In this document: in pieces, positions 36,421 to 51,132 of the stretch | Layout: every line of letters starts with the position of its first letter | Numbering within the stretch: position 1 is the first letter of the stretch | Assembly: GCF_009914755.1 (NCBI RefSeq) | Contig: NC_060934.1 | Length of the DNA: 64,000 bases | Source: the human T2T-CHM13v2.0 reference genome, Homo sapiens | Reading direction: 5' to 3' (one strand) | The notes under the pieces: model-generated | Database searches by the model: none | The model's input: only the letters and a program-made list of their open reading frames with translations | What the model was told of the DNA's origin: nothing | Program-made: the position numbers and the translations under genes

Positions 36421-37732
36421 GGCTGGCTTTTATTAATAAGGTCTTTTGTTTAATTAAACCAGAAATCTCTAGCATATTTCTTGAGATTCCTGGGTCTTGA
36501 GCCCAACATGTCAGCTCCAAGAGGCCATTAAGGACAACTTTTAATTTAAATGAAGAAGAGAAATCACCCAAGAAAGAGCAAGATTTATACCAATAACTCA
36601 GTCCCCACATGTCAGGTGAAGGGTCTTTCCCCTTCCAATTACTAGTGATTAAAAAGAAAAATTCCATTAGTGTTGCTGGAAATAAGCTCCTTTTCACATT
36701 AACCAGATAAAAATGAAAAAGAAAACTCAAGTTAAAAAGAATAATAAAATACAGTTCATGATATTTTGTAAGTTACTGCACTTTTCGGATCACCTGGTTT
36801 ACCTTAATTATTGCTTTAGATGGTTGGAGCCAGTGTGCTCAACAGCTAGTTCCTAATTAGTAAGTGATAAGAAAAGCTCTCTCTCTATTGGTCAAGACAG
36901 GCTCCAGGGCAACAGTCAATCACTCAAAAAACATTTGCTGAGTGTCTTCTAAGGGCTTATTAGATGAGTAAACTAGGCACTAGATACACACATAAAGGAT
37001 ATTTTGAAGATGGCAGCAAGAGCAGGATAGAAAGTTTTAAAATTCACAGATGAACAAGCTAGTTTAGAGGTAAGTAACCAGAGAGGCAGAAGAACTTCAT
37101 AGCTCTTCCCAAGTAAAGTTCTTAAAAATTCATCTAAAAGCCAGTGTTTCAAAATTAAAATGGAATTACAAAGGCATAATAGAAATGTTGTAATATGGAT
37201 TCACTTCAGAACTCTTCACTGCCTCTATAAGGTGAGAGTAGACCCACAGAATAGCTCCAGGAAGCATGGTAGCTTGAGATCATCGCACAAGCTAATTCTG
37301 GGAAGGTATCCAAGAATCAGAAAATTCCACTCTTCAGAGAAGTTAAAATTTAATTTTATATTCTATTTTTCTTTTGTTCTGATTAGAATCCCTTCCAAGG
37401 GTTCTCAGCCTACATGTAAATTAAATTGCTATTAAATATTATAACCAATGATTGCCTTAGGTAGTATTTCTTAACTGTTTTACCTTAAAAAAAGAACAGC
37501 TATTATTTTTACCAAAAAGAAATGTTTCTCTTATTTATAATACTCCCTAAGAGTGTAATAATCTTATAATTACAGTAAATTCTTACTTATAAAGCACTGA
37601 CCACTTTGAACCCTGAGGAAATAATCAAGTTTTCTGAATAGTCTTCTTTCTAAAGACCTGAGACTTACCTGGCCCCTTCATCACACATTGTGCAATGTAT
37701 CCACACACATTAGCCTTAACCACTTCTCTGTT

Positions 37733-38200
37733 ATAGTGGAATTAAAGATGGCCACAGATTATTTGCCACTGTTCCAAATGGAGAGGTAGAGTCTATTTCC
37801 TCTCCCCTTGAATCTGAGCTGGCCCTGTGACCAGTGTCACTATGACTAAAATAATGCAGTTAAGTGATACTGAATCACTTCCAAGATATTCCCATGCTTG
37901 AAACACTCCTCTTTAGAACCAGCTGTCATTCTATGAGGTACCCACGCCCAAGCCACCGGGAAGAGACCAAAGCTGAACTTCCAGTCCACAGCAGCATAAA
38001 CCTTCAACCATGTGAACAAGCTGCCTAAGATGCCCCAGCCCAGTCGAGCCTCCAGATGACTGCAACCCCAGCCAACTGAGCAGAAGCAGCATCCACAGGA
38101 GCCCATACAACCCAAAGTATCATGAGACAACAAATGGTCACTGTTTTTGTAAGCTACTAAGTTGCAGGGTGGTTTGACTTGCAGAAACAGATAACCAGAC
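37733..38200 (+). mobile_element. MaLR LTR (MLT1)
   Basis: ccccttgaatctgagctggccctgtgac; 3' aagctactaagttg...gataac. Confidence 0.7.
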
Positions 38201-39339
38201 TTCTGCCTTCTTAAATAAACTATACTCACAATTTAACTTTTTCATTGTGACTCAAGGTCACCATTACATCAGTTGCCAAAACAGAATGATGTCCTCAGAT
38301 GTCTCCGAAATCTACAGAAGCCAAAGACCAGACTGCTCTCCTGGAGCCCTGCTCTTCCCTGGGGACTCAGAACCCATGCCACTGTGTGGTGTGGCCTCTT
38401 ACCTTGTGAGGCTCTTCTCTGCCTTTCTAACCTGCTCTCCTAACCGGTGCATTAGAAGCCAGACAAGCTTGTTTGACAGACACATTTGTAAAGCTTGAGT
38501 CCACAAAGGATGCTACCATTGAATCCAATGAGTCTGAGGCGCAAAACTATGACATTTATAGACTCTGGAACATCTATTTCGACTACTCAGAAGGACCTTT
38601 TGCTGCTATATGGTTTGGATTCCAAATTTGGAGGGTGGAGTGGCTGAGACCTAACTAGAGGAGTTGGGCCCATTGACTCCAATAACATTCATATACCTCT
38701 CCTTATTCATCTTGCAACTGGTGTAAGCCATGTAAATGTTTTTTCCTAGAGGTAATTAAATATGTACCAAAGATCTATGTCTTGGCCTTTGGCAAATTTA
38801 ACAGTACCAGTCTAAAGAAAGAGAAACAAATAATATGGTAGGTTAGATGTCATTCAAAATAAAGTTTCATAACTGTTCTGTTGTAAGTATAAACTACATT
38901 CCACTATAAGAAATTTAAATCTGAAAGATTGACATTTGCTCTTTCAAAGCTATCATACATGTATATTGTAGATGGCACACTTTGTCAAGGACAGCTATTT
39001 GAAATCAATCTATTACAGCTCTTAAACATGCATCCATGAAAATAATACATATCTAATTAACAGACAACCTTAACAAGGTAGAATTAGAAGTCAATGTAAG
39101 ATGAAGCTATGTCTTAGTCATTTATGTGTTTGGCTCTGGTCCAGTAATTCTAGAAATACAGTTCACAGAAATGGAAAGACAAAGTTTGTAAGGCATTAAG
39201 TGAAGCAAAAGCATTAATTTGTCCTGAGTAACTTATGTTTCACCATTCAGTGCTCCTCTTTTGTGTGTTTTTTTTTTCTGTATTCAAGCCAATATTACTG
39301 CTTACTTTTCATGTATCAAATACCCAAATACATAATTTT

Positions 39340-40910
39340 AGCACTTGGTAGATATCTGGAAGTTCCCAATGCTTAGTTCCTGGACCTCTCTTCCCCTTTC
39401 TCTCTTTAATAGGGCCTAAGTGGTCTCATCTCATCTCATGGCTTTAGTGCCATCCATACTTGGATGTATGGGTGTATCTGTCCTTAGGATCCATCGATCT
39501 AAACTTCAGTGTCATGTATTCAACTACCTATGCATCATCTCCCACTTGGATATTTAATAGGAAACTCAGACTTTACACGCCTGCAACTGAGCTCCCAACA
39601 TGTACCCCAAAGCCACAAATCTGGTCCCCCCAATTTCAGTTAATTCCTTCCTTCCCATTGCTCAGATCAAAGTATTTGAAGTTACCCTTGATTTTTCTCT
39701 ATCTTAAATCCCACATCTGGTCCTTCGACTGATGTGGTATGTAGAATGGCCTCCAAAGATGTGCATGTAGGAATCCCTGGAACCTATGAATATGTACTTT
39801 GCATGGCAAAAGGGACTCTACAGATGTGATTAAATTAATAACCTTGAGATTGGAAGATTATCCTGGACGATCCTGGTGAGCCCAATCTAATTACATGAGT
39901 CTTAACAATCAGAGGACCCTCCTAGCCACAGTCAGAGGAAAATATGACTATGGAAGAAGGTCGGAGAGATGCAATGTTGTGGGCTTTGAAGGTGGAGGAA
40001 GGGGCCACGGCCGAAGAATGATGTGAGTGACCTCTAGGAGCTAGAAGAGGCAAGGAAACAGATCATCTTCTAGAATTTCCAGAAACGAACACAGTCCTGC
40101 TGGCACCTTGATTGTAGTCCAGTGAGACCGACAACCGACTTCTGATCTACGAAGCTGTTAAGACAATAAATTACCACTCAATTTATGGTAATTTCTTATA
40201 GAAGCAATAGAAAACTAATATATTCAATCATGTCAGTTCTGTCTTCAAAAAATATCAAGTGCCCCATAACCTCTACTGTGAACACTTGGTCTGAGCCACT
40301 ACCCCTCTCACCTGGATTACTGCAATAGCCTCCTAACCGGCCTTCCTCTACCCTTAGCCCCTTACAGTCAGGTCTCAAGCCTGCAGTCAGAGTCATCCTA
40401 TTAAAGTCAGCTCATGTCTCCTCTGCTCAATAGTCTCCAATACTTCCCATCTCATCTCACTCTGAGGAAAAACCAAAATCCTTAAGAGGACCAACAATCA
40501 CTGTATGATCTGGACCCATCGCCTCTCTGCCCTCATTTGCAACAGCTCCTACTTCAGTCTTCCCTAGCCAGACGGCTCCCCTGCTATTCCTCAAACACCA
40601 TGGCAGATGCCTGCCTCTGGAACTTGGTGTTCACCCTTCTGTATGTCTGAAATGTTCCTCCCTCAGATATCCAAATGGCTAGCTTCCTTGCTGCATAAAG
40701 GTCGTTACCAAATGGCAGTTCAGTAAATGCTTCCCTGGCCACCCTATCTAAACTTTTACCGCTCTCCCACACTCCCAAAAACCACTTCCTAACCTCTTTA
40801 ACTGCTTCATTTTTTCTCCTTAAGACCACCACCTAACATAATGTATACATTTTCCCTCTTTGTTTTCTGTTGGTGCCCTTCACTGGAATGTGAGCTCTAT
40901 GAAGCAGGGC
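39340..40910 (-). mobile_element. L2 fragment interrupted by an MLT1 LTR (39733-40222, +)
   Basis: L2 motifs (cacctggattactgcaatagcctccta); MLT1 tgtgg...agcaatagaaaactaata. Confidence 0.7.
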
Positions 40911-42672
40911 TTAGTGTCTCCACTGCAGTCTATCTTGCATAGTTACGTCCTTCATTATTTCACTCTTAGCTAAGTTCAAGGTAGTTTACTACTGCTGCAT
41001 AGAGTTTAAACACTTCTATCAGGAATTCACTATGTTTCTGGATTTATGTGACTTTTTTGTTCCCTTCTGTTTATGATATATGATAGACTCTTGCTATTCT
41101 TAGAATTCTTTAAGACTCACAAACCCACAAACTGGAATATTTGTAGAGGCTCCTGGTCGTCCCTTGAATCATACATCCAAACCCCAAATTAACTCCTTTC
41201 AACATTTATTAAAGCTGCTTTCTTCTTGATCAATTCAGAAGAGTTATCATGTTGAAAAGTACAAAGCTGCACTGAGATTCAGACAATGGCATGTATCACG
41301 CTTGCTCTAGCAGATCACTGATCTTTGTGGGACCGCTTGTAAACTGCACATGCTGAGGAGGCAACATCAAGTATGAGGGGACTCTTGAACCGTTTGTACT
41401 AGTGATTATCTTTTCCCCATGTCTTTCTGTCTCTTTACTTACACTGTTATTGGAGCTACACCTTCTTCACTGGTAATTTCCACTCCTAAATCCAAATACA
41501 GTGGGTGACTAATTAATAATTACGGGCTGAGTAAATAGTGAATGAGTCATTTTCTATCCTTTAGGGATCATATGCTTCTAAGGGCAACATCTGATTGTAT
41601 TTTACCATCGATATCATTCATAATCTAATAGGTCTTCTGTGTCTTCAAGTTTTCTCATCCTCAATGCCTCCATTTTTGGGTTTTCCATTTACCTGTTCAA
41701 CCAATACTTGAGTGCCTAATATGTGTCTGCAATGTGAACATGGTAGGGACACAGTTTGAACAGGCAGGTCTGGTTAGGTGAGGCTGAGGGTGGGGTGTGG
41801 AAATAGAAATTCTTTGTCTATGATATGTAGACTCAACCTTACAGACAATTACTTAAAAGAAGGCAAGTGTGGCTGGTACCTAATTGCAGAGAAAGACTTT
41901 GGTACAAGATGAGTTCAAAGATGAGATAGGGGCCAGATCGCAAAATACCTGATCTGCTATGGTAAAAAAGTTGTGATTACAGTGCCATGGGTCTAACTTA
42001 CCTAGTCATTTCTTGATCCAAATTTCATTTTTTACTCTTTTTTTCCTTAAAATTCTCCTCTTAAATTTCAGGTTACAGTCTTTTCTTTATTTTACATTGT
42101 ATGTGTTTGTGTGTGTGTTTTTTTTTAAATTTTAGAAATAGGGACAGAGTCTATGTTGCCCAGGCTGTATTCAACTCCTGGGCTCAAGTGATCCTCCTGC
42201 CTTAGCTTTCCGAGTAGCTAGAAGTAGAGGTGCACACCACCATGCCTGCCTTATATTCTTTAATATTACCTATAATCTTTCTAACACCCACCTTCAATTT
42301 TCTTAAAGTCATTAGTGAGATTAGGTAACAGTTTATGGCAAAAGGCACAACAAACGTGATTATGAGCAGGTGCACCAAGCATGGCAATAAGAGAAACCAA
42401 TATATCCACTTCCATGTAAAACATTCTAAGAAATATTAAAAATGAAATAACACTTCTTGACTTGAACATTTTGCATTATTTTCCTTTTTTCCCTAAGCCC
42501 ACTCAACAGTAAATTAGTCTGCAAAAATAAATCTGTCTCATGATCTGACTCATAGTTTGTAAACCCTGTACTATATAATATACATATTTATATGTAAAAT
42601 ATACACGCCTTGCCTTTTAAAAATTATTATGTTTATATTACCCCAGAATTTGTTTCAACATTATCTGTTTGA

Positions 42673-42900
<228 letters not shown>

Positions 42901-43245
42901 GCAGTGAATTTTTTTGAGAAGAAATTGTGCTCATTTTAACCAAAACTTTATAAATATTTTAAGATTTATTTAATGTCTCTTCATATTCTATGGAACAATC
43001 AATCATTTATAATTCATATATTTGCATGAAGGGTGAAATAGTAAATTAGTAATTTAAAAAACACTTAAGGATAATCTTCTACAATACAAATCTTTAAAAT
43101 TTATAATTTTGTTATTATATCTAAAACTCAGATTTCCCTAGTACTGCAGGTTTCTGAATCTCCTAGAATATTCAAACACTATCTTAATAAAGCAAACTCT
43201 GAACTTTATTGTGATAGCATAATGCTGAAAAAGTAAAAGGTATTA

Positions 43246-43545
<300 letters not shown>

Positions 43546-45101
43546 AATTAATTCTGTCCCATTGTGGTAGCAGCTCAGCAAAAGGAAACATCCGTCTATA
43601 TTGAAATCTTTGGAACCAACTTATAACACTATTGCAAACACTCACTGCATATATTCAACACATTTATTTAGATTTTCACTTATTTCCTTTTGCGGGTTTA
43701 TGGTAGACTTCCTAAAGCCAAGATTAATTTCTGAGCCCGCTTTGCAACTCCTGCAAAATAAGATACAGGGCTGTGCACAAACTATGTGATCAATAAATAT
43801 CTGCTGAACTCATAAACAATATACTTACACTCTATTTTTACTATGTTTAGAAAAAAAGAAAGTTAATGAGGTATTATGAGTGAATAATAACGTCTTCAGA
43901 ATAAAGGACTATTATTTTTGGAGAGCGGGATCACTGGTCCAACACTCCACGTCAACTCTGGTGCTGGTTTGTGGCAAGGTAAAGAGCTTGCACCAGAATG
44001 TAAATCAACTAACTGCTTCCTACACTGAAGAGGTCTTGCTATTTTTAAAAAGTCAGCTGAACAGTAATCAGTATGTTTAGTGACATCGCCTATTTACATT
44101 CTGGCACAAGCTCCGGATCTCACTGCAAACCAGTAAGTCTGCACTGGCCCTGATCTGCAGGCCACACTTTTGAGAAGCCTGGTTCCATACTACTACTATA
44201 GTTGGACTAACAATAACAATGATGATAATTTTACCAATTAGCATTTATAGAGTGATTATTGCACACCAGATGCTATGTTCAGCACTTAAGCACTTTATAT
44301 GGATTATTTCATTTAAACTCTTAAGGACCCCATGAGGGTTTACTTTATTATTTCCATTTTTCAAATGAGGAAATGTAAACCTTCAGAGGTTTAATTTATA
44401 CGGCTTCTAGAAGATCATCTGTGGTAGAGCAGGTGCTTAAAGTCAGGCAGTATGATCTCTGCTTAACCCCAGTTCAGTGTATAGTGTATATGCTTAACCA
44501 TATATCCATACTGCTTCCTGACTATGTTACATATTGCTTCCAGACTACATTTTTAAAAATAGGCTCACGTTGCATCACTGGGGGTTGAAGAAATACTTGA
44601 CACTAATGGCGATGTCAGGAAGAGAGGTCTGGAAGAAATACCATAAAACTGAAAAACATGGTATAGATAGATTTGTAAATCTTTTTTATAGATTTGAAAA
44701 ACATATTTCTAACACAAAGTTACAGTCAAATATTTAATACACTTTATCTCTCAAGCATGGTATGCTTTAATTGAAACAATGGACCTAATCATTACTAGGA
44801 CTTTTAGAAGGTCACTTCTTTGTTTGCCTTTGTTTTAATAGCCTGAAATCTCCCAAAAATATATCCTATTTGGTTTCCAGTATCAATTTAAAGTCTTTCT
44901 GGAAAAAGATAAGGTCAAAATTCAAAATCTATTTTAAAATCCTTATTTCTAGACTTGTAACGAGTTGATTGCTTTGATTTTAAGTAAGCAAATCTAGTTA
45001 ATTAGCTTTTTAAAAATAAAAAAGGTCCATTTTTAACTCAATGTTGGTTCATATCAGATACAACCAGCCTTGTATTGACAATTGGTTGAATATACAATAT
45101 T

Positions 45102-45156
45102 ATATTAATAACAACAGATACTACAGTTGATCTTAGCCAAAAGGCCGAGAAGTGAT
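45102..45156 (-). pseudogene. 3'-truncated U2 snRNA retrocopy (5' ~55 nt)
   Basis: Reverse complement atcacttctcggccttttggctaagatcaactgtagtatctgtt matches the U2 5' end; flanked by a 14-bp TSD gaatatacaatatt / gaatatacagtatt. Confidence 0.93.
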
Positions 45157-45238
45157 GAATATACAGTATTGAATATTGTATTGCATATTGGTTGAATAAC
45201 CAACCCTGCACAATCAAATTTTTTAAAAAGAATCCTTA

Positions 45239-45475
<237 letters not shown>

Positions 45476-47616
45476 TCAATGTTTATGTATAGTATTAATA
45501 TACCACTCCCTACAAATAAGTTTCTAAGTCAAAGGTATTGTCAGAAGTTCAAATGACTGGACCACTCAGTGCTTTGTGATATTATTTTGATGATTTTTTG
45601 ACTGCATTCCATTCCGAAAACTAATTTACTCTGAGTAGAAGCAGAGTTAATAAAGTATGCAAAAATACTAATCTGGCTTATTTAAGTAGTCTAGTGACAC
45701 ATCTGAGAAAAATTTTGTGTGAGATTCAATAAAAGCTGAGATTTAAAGAACAGGTTACTGCTGGTCTCCCCAAGTTAACATACTTTACCTGAGACATACA
45801 CAAAATGAACTTTTATCCATCTCTCTCTCTCTTTTTTTTTTAAGTATTTGCTTGAGGCATAATCATAATCAACTTCTAAAGTTACATTTTACTTGATTTG
45901 TTGTCCCAAATGTAGACAAAAAACCCATAAATAGCCACAGGCACAGTGGCTCATGCCTGGAATCCCAGCACTTTGGAAGGCTGAGGCGGGAGGAGCCCAG
46001 GAGTTCCAGACCAGCCTAGGCAACATAGCAAGACTCTATATCTAAAAAATTTGTTTAAAAATGTTTTAAAAAATATTTTTAAACATAAATATCAAGATTT
46101 CTGTTGTTAACAAAGTAATGGGTAGTCATTTTACATGAACTTTAATAAAACAATAATAGATGAACTGTGTTGTGCGTTCTACGGTGGCTAGAGGAAAATA
46201 TAATCATTTTGGGGAATGCCAATGCATGAACTCCTCAGGAGTAGGTACTCTTCCATTAATCCGCCCAGATTTTCAGCTCCCTTTTCTGACCACTGGTCTT
46301 TAGTCTCCACGGGTTCTTCCACAATCAGCCCCTCCCCACAAGGTAAAATGTGCATACTTCAGGGCTCTATCCCTTACCCTCTTATTCCACATAATATCCC
46401 TGGAGAAAATCATCACATTTTAACTTCAATCACTAAATGCTTAATCCAAATTCTATCTTCATCTCAGACTTTTTCCTTTCGTTCCAGACCCACATGTCCA
46501 ACTACTACTACTTATGGGACCTCCCAACGTATATGACAGGCATCTCAAACTGAACACATCTACCCCACTTCTTAAACTCCTCAAAAAATTTTTTTCTTCT
46601 TTAGAGTTCAATGAATAACAGAACAATCCAGTCTATCACCCCACTGTCATCCCTGGCTTCTCCTTCCTCATCTCCTATATCACCAAGATCTGCCAATTCT
46701 ACCTTTTTTAGTGGCCCCTCCTTCTTATTCCCACCATCGCTCTCCTGGTTCTCTTCATTTCTTCACTGAGCTTCAGCAACATCTCCAATTTTTTTGTCTC
46801 TCATTTAGGCTCTCTACCAATCTGTCATTTGAGTGTTGCCAGTGATCCTTTCCAAATGCAAAACTGATCCAGTCACTGACCCAAATCCTCCTTATTACCT
46901 TTAAGGAAAATAAACTCATGGTCCTTAGGTTCCTTCTGATTTGGCCCACATTTGCCTTTCTGGGCTTACTTCCTCCCATTTTCTGCTAATACACATGAAG
47001 AAGTATTCTCCAGTTCAGCCACAATAAACCACGGCTTAGTTGTTCTCCCGGCCTTCGTGCCTCAGCCCAGGCTGTTCTGCTTCGGAAGCACCTGGTCATT
47101 TCCTGTTTACCCTTTATGACATGCAATTCCAGAGCCCAGGAAGTACCTAACACATTGTGAATGTGGAATCAATGTCTGCTCTATGCCTAAGTCAATAACA
47201 GCCCTTTATATTAAAAAAGTTCATTACGACATACAAGATATTTTCATTCATAATCTATAATCACATTTATCTTGATTCTCACAACTAGACTATCAGACAA
47301 CCATTGCAGGTTTTATTATCCCAAGTTATCAATGACAAAATAATAGCTTCTGGTTTTCCAAAAGGGCAAAGCTAGAAATTAATGCAATGACCCCTAACTA
47401 AAGGTTTGACCTCTCTATTATTACCCTACTTAAATTATCAGGTACACAATGAAGACCACCATGTGCTAAAAGCAACACAGAAGAAGCGTAAGTCATGCAC
47501 TTAGCTCCAAACATATTTAATCCAGTCAGAGGTACAAGATCCATCCATATGAGATAAAATTCTATAGGAAAGCATCCTACAGAGCTAAATGCTAAACCGT
47601 GTAGCACCCCCAGTAG

Positions 47617-48019
<403 letters not shown>

Positions 48020-50694
48020 AGTGTCCTTTAGACTGTGGACGAGTAAAGGGCGGAGAGATAGACATTCCATTTGAGTGCAACAAATTGAATGTAGACCATG
48101 ACAAGTTTGGAGAACAAAGAGGAAAACACCAAAAATAGAAATTGATTGTTTTCCACCTTTGACAGAACTCCCTAAGAGTTTCAGAAAGTATCAGATAGAG
48201 AAAAAAGTACCCTCACTCTGGTAAAGAAAACAAAAATCAACAAAAACCCTAAAACCAACAAAAACAAAAATGAAAACTTCCTTCAACTTACCACAGTAAG
48301 GCTAGAAGACAGAACTATTAATAACATGTTCATTTGCTACATTTTTTATCAACCTATTTGCATTAAATAATGTTAACCTCCCACTAAAGTTATTTCTACT
48401 TTGAATTCTGAGGTAGTCAAGAGATTTAAATAAGAAAAAGACTACATCTGTCTCTTCATTGTTACTTTGTTATTCCCGATCCATAATGCTTCAGTTTGCT
48501 ACATTTAGTTAAACATCAGCAAAGTAAACAATAATGTAACTATTCTATCTAGTAATGAGCTTGGAGACTTAAAAAAATATATATAGAACTTTATTCCTTT
48601 TCATTTGACCACTAATAACATACTGAACATGCCCGTGAAAAGAAATAAAACACAATGGTAGAAAACTCCAAAAAGGTAGAGTGTCTTTACCATTCATCCC
48701 CCACCCCTATCTCATTAGCAACTTTCTGATCTCGGGTGTTTTCTCCAATAGTAAAGTGTATCCCTATATCCAAAACAATTTCTCTAAAGCCCTTCTCACT
48801 CATTCAACAAACATTTAACAGGTACATTGCACAAGGTGATAGAGGAAGAGAAACTGAATATTGTCCCTGCCTCGGACATTTCAGTGCCTTTACGCCTGAC
48901 TTCCACTCCTAACCAGTCTTCTTTCACAGGTACCCTGTCCCCTAAAATCAAATGTTGCTTTTCACAGTTGCCTTTACTTGTCACCTAAAGTATTTCAATT
49001 CAAAATTTCCTCAAAGTCAACTTAACAGCTGCTGATAAAATAATCATTCTATATGATTACAAAGTGTTTCACCAATACATATCCCCATTTTTTCCAAACT
49101 TAAAACTTCTTCAGTCCTTATTACTTTAGCATAGAGACCTGCACTGTTGTTTCTTCTTTTTAAAAAAATACTAATGCTAATCCTTTACTGTTTGAGCAGA
49201 CTTAATCCTACCTTTTCTTTTGTCAATAAATGCCAGGTGTTTTTTAAATCACTATCTTGTCACTTTTGATTATGATATACTGATCACTCTATTTGTATCT
49301 TGAATGAAAAGACCGCTTTGTGATTTTGCTAATGATATGTAAACTAGAACTTGAGAACCACTGGATACAGGAGTACTGCTGATCTTTATACTTTCTGTCT
49401 AAAAATGAAGCCCCTGTCTCTAAATTTCAGGAACAGGGAGTTAAGGTTCCATGAAGTGTTTACTTTCCACCCTTAATTTATTACCTTAATACTTCAGCTT
49501 AAGAATTATGTGTTCTGTATATATCACGCTGCTTGTCAATATCCACACATAAACCTTCTTGTTTTGACAATTAATCTGAAAAAGTCCCCATATAGTCTGA
49601 GAGGGGGAAAACCTAATTTGGAAGAATATAATAAATGTCAGTTTCCATCACAGAATATATGCTTCTCAAGTTCAATTAACCTCTCAATGATTCCCTAAGA
49701 GGAAAGTAATTCTCCTTAGTGTCCTTGTCATCCATGGAGTGGAAATCTTTCTACTGGCAAGATTAGTAATCACTTCCATGACCCCCAAAACGGCTCTTCC
49801 TTCCATTTCCCTCAAGTACTGTCTGGAGCAGCGGTTGGAATTAATAGAGGGGCCATAATCTCCAGACCTGAATACCAAATCAATCCTGCAGCCCCCCACA
49901 CCCTTAATGCCCCTGCACTTTCTTGCTTATCCTTTTTCTCTCGTCTCCATTTTTCTTTCCTCCTTCTGGTGTTCCGGAACCTATGATACTCTCCTGGTTG
50001 TTTGAATTTTTACAACCTACCAGATAATAATCTCTTGTGATCCTCAAAGCTTCCTTAAAGCAAACCCTGAATCACTGTGTTTTAAAACCAGTATGAAAGA
50101 CTATTGTGTGGGATAATGTTACATTGTTTCACAGCCCTACAAAGTTTGGCCACAAAACGTGTGGGCAGATTCCGTAACTCAACCGGAAACGCGAAGGACT
50201 GAAACAAATCAACACACAAAAAACGAAGCCAGCGAGAAAGATCCAACCCGGGCCCCCTGCCTGAAATGGGACACGGGGATGACGGGGCAAAGCCGGGCAA
50301 AACCGTGCTCCTGGCTCTCGCGATTCAGGAGACGCGCCAGGCTCACTGGGGACGACAGCGACGACGGCGGCGGCTCGCATTGCTCCACGCTTCCCGTCAG
50401 GGGGGCTCGAGGGACCGCCCCAGGCCCGGCCCATGCCCGGGCTCGGAGGGAGCCCCTGGTGCGAGGGCTGCCCGCAGGGCTCCGTCCTCCCGCTGAGGCG
50501 CGGCTCCCGGAGCAGGAGGCGCGGAGGCCGCCCTCGGCGTTTCGGAGTCGGGGCGGGGAACGTCCACGGCCAACTGCGGGCAGGGGACCCCCAGGCGGCT
50601 ACAACAGGTGCGCCGGGGCCGCCCACCCGGCTCGGGGCGCGCCCGCCCCTGCGCCGACCCCCGACCCCTTCCGCCGCCGGGGCCCCGCTGTTAC

Positions 50695-50960
50695 CTGCAG
50701 CGGCGGCTCCCGATTCCCGGGAGGGCGGCCCAGGGCCGGCGCCTTACCCGCGGGCAGGCCCACTCGCCCGACGGACGCCGCGGGTCGGCGACAGCGGGGA
50801 CCGCGGGTCGGCGACGTCGGGGCACAGGTCCTGCGGGGCCGCGGGGGCCGCCAGGGAGGGCGCGACCGCCTGACCGGGCTTCAGGAGCAGTGTCCTCAGC
50901 CGGTGACCTGGCCGCTACCCTCGCTCAGTGTCCCCGGCGACGCGCGGGTCCTCACGCGCT
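50695..50960 (-). other. DHX32: Probable non-coding first exon of DHX32 (5' end approximate)
   Basis: Minus-strand donors CAG|gtaaca (50695/50694) and CGG|gtaagg (50748/50747) inside the CpG island; the coding exon at 35549 has an acceptor that needs an upstream exon. Confidence 0.6.
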
Positions 50961-51029
50961 CCCTCACTTCCTGCGGCTTTTGGTCCCTCCCGCTCGCCGT
51001 CCCTTTAGTTCTGCCCACTTCGCCTCCGG

Positions 51030-51043
51030 GTTGTCAGGGCAAC
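51030..51043. promoter_or_regulatory. RFX X-box (GTTGTCAGGGCAAC)
   Basis: Imperfect palindrome matching the GTTNCC-N(0-3)-GGYAAC consensus, about 80-90 bp upstream of the FANK1 ATG. Confidence 0.75.
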
Positions 51044-51119
51044 CGTAGCGACGCCGGCCCTGGCTGAGAGGCGTTAGGAGTCCGGGGGTTCGCCCGCGGA
51101 GGCCGGGGAGCAGCCGACC

Positions 51120-51132
51120 ATGGAGCCCCAGA
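51120..51132 (+). CDS. FANK1: FANK1 first coding segment (ATG GAG CCC CAG A = MEPQ/K), followed by a long intron
   Basis: Kozak accATGG, donor A|gtaagg at 51133; MEPQK is the recognised FANK1 N-terminus; head-to-head with DHX32. Confidence 0.88.
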
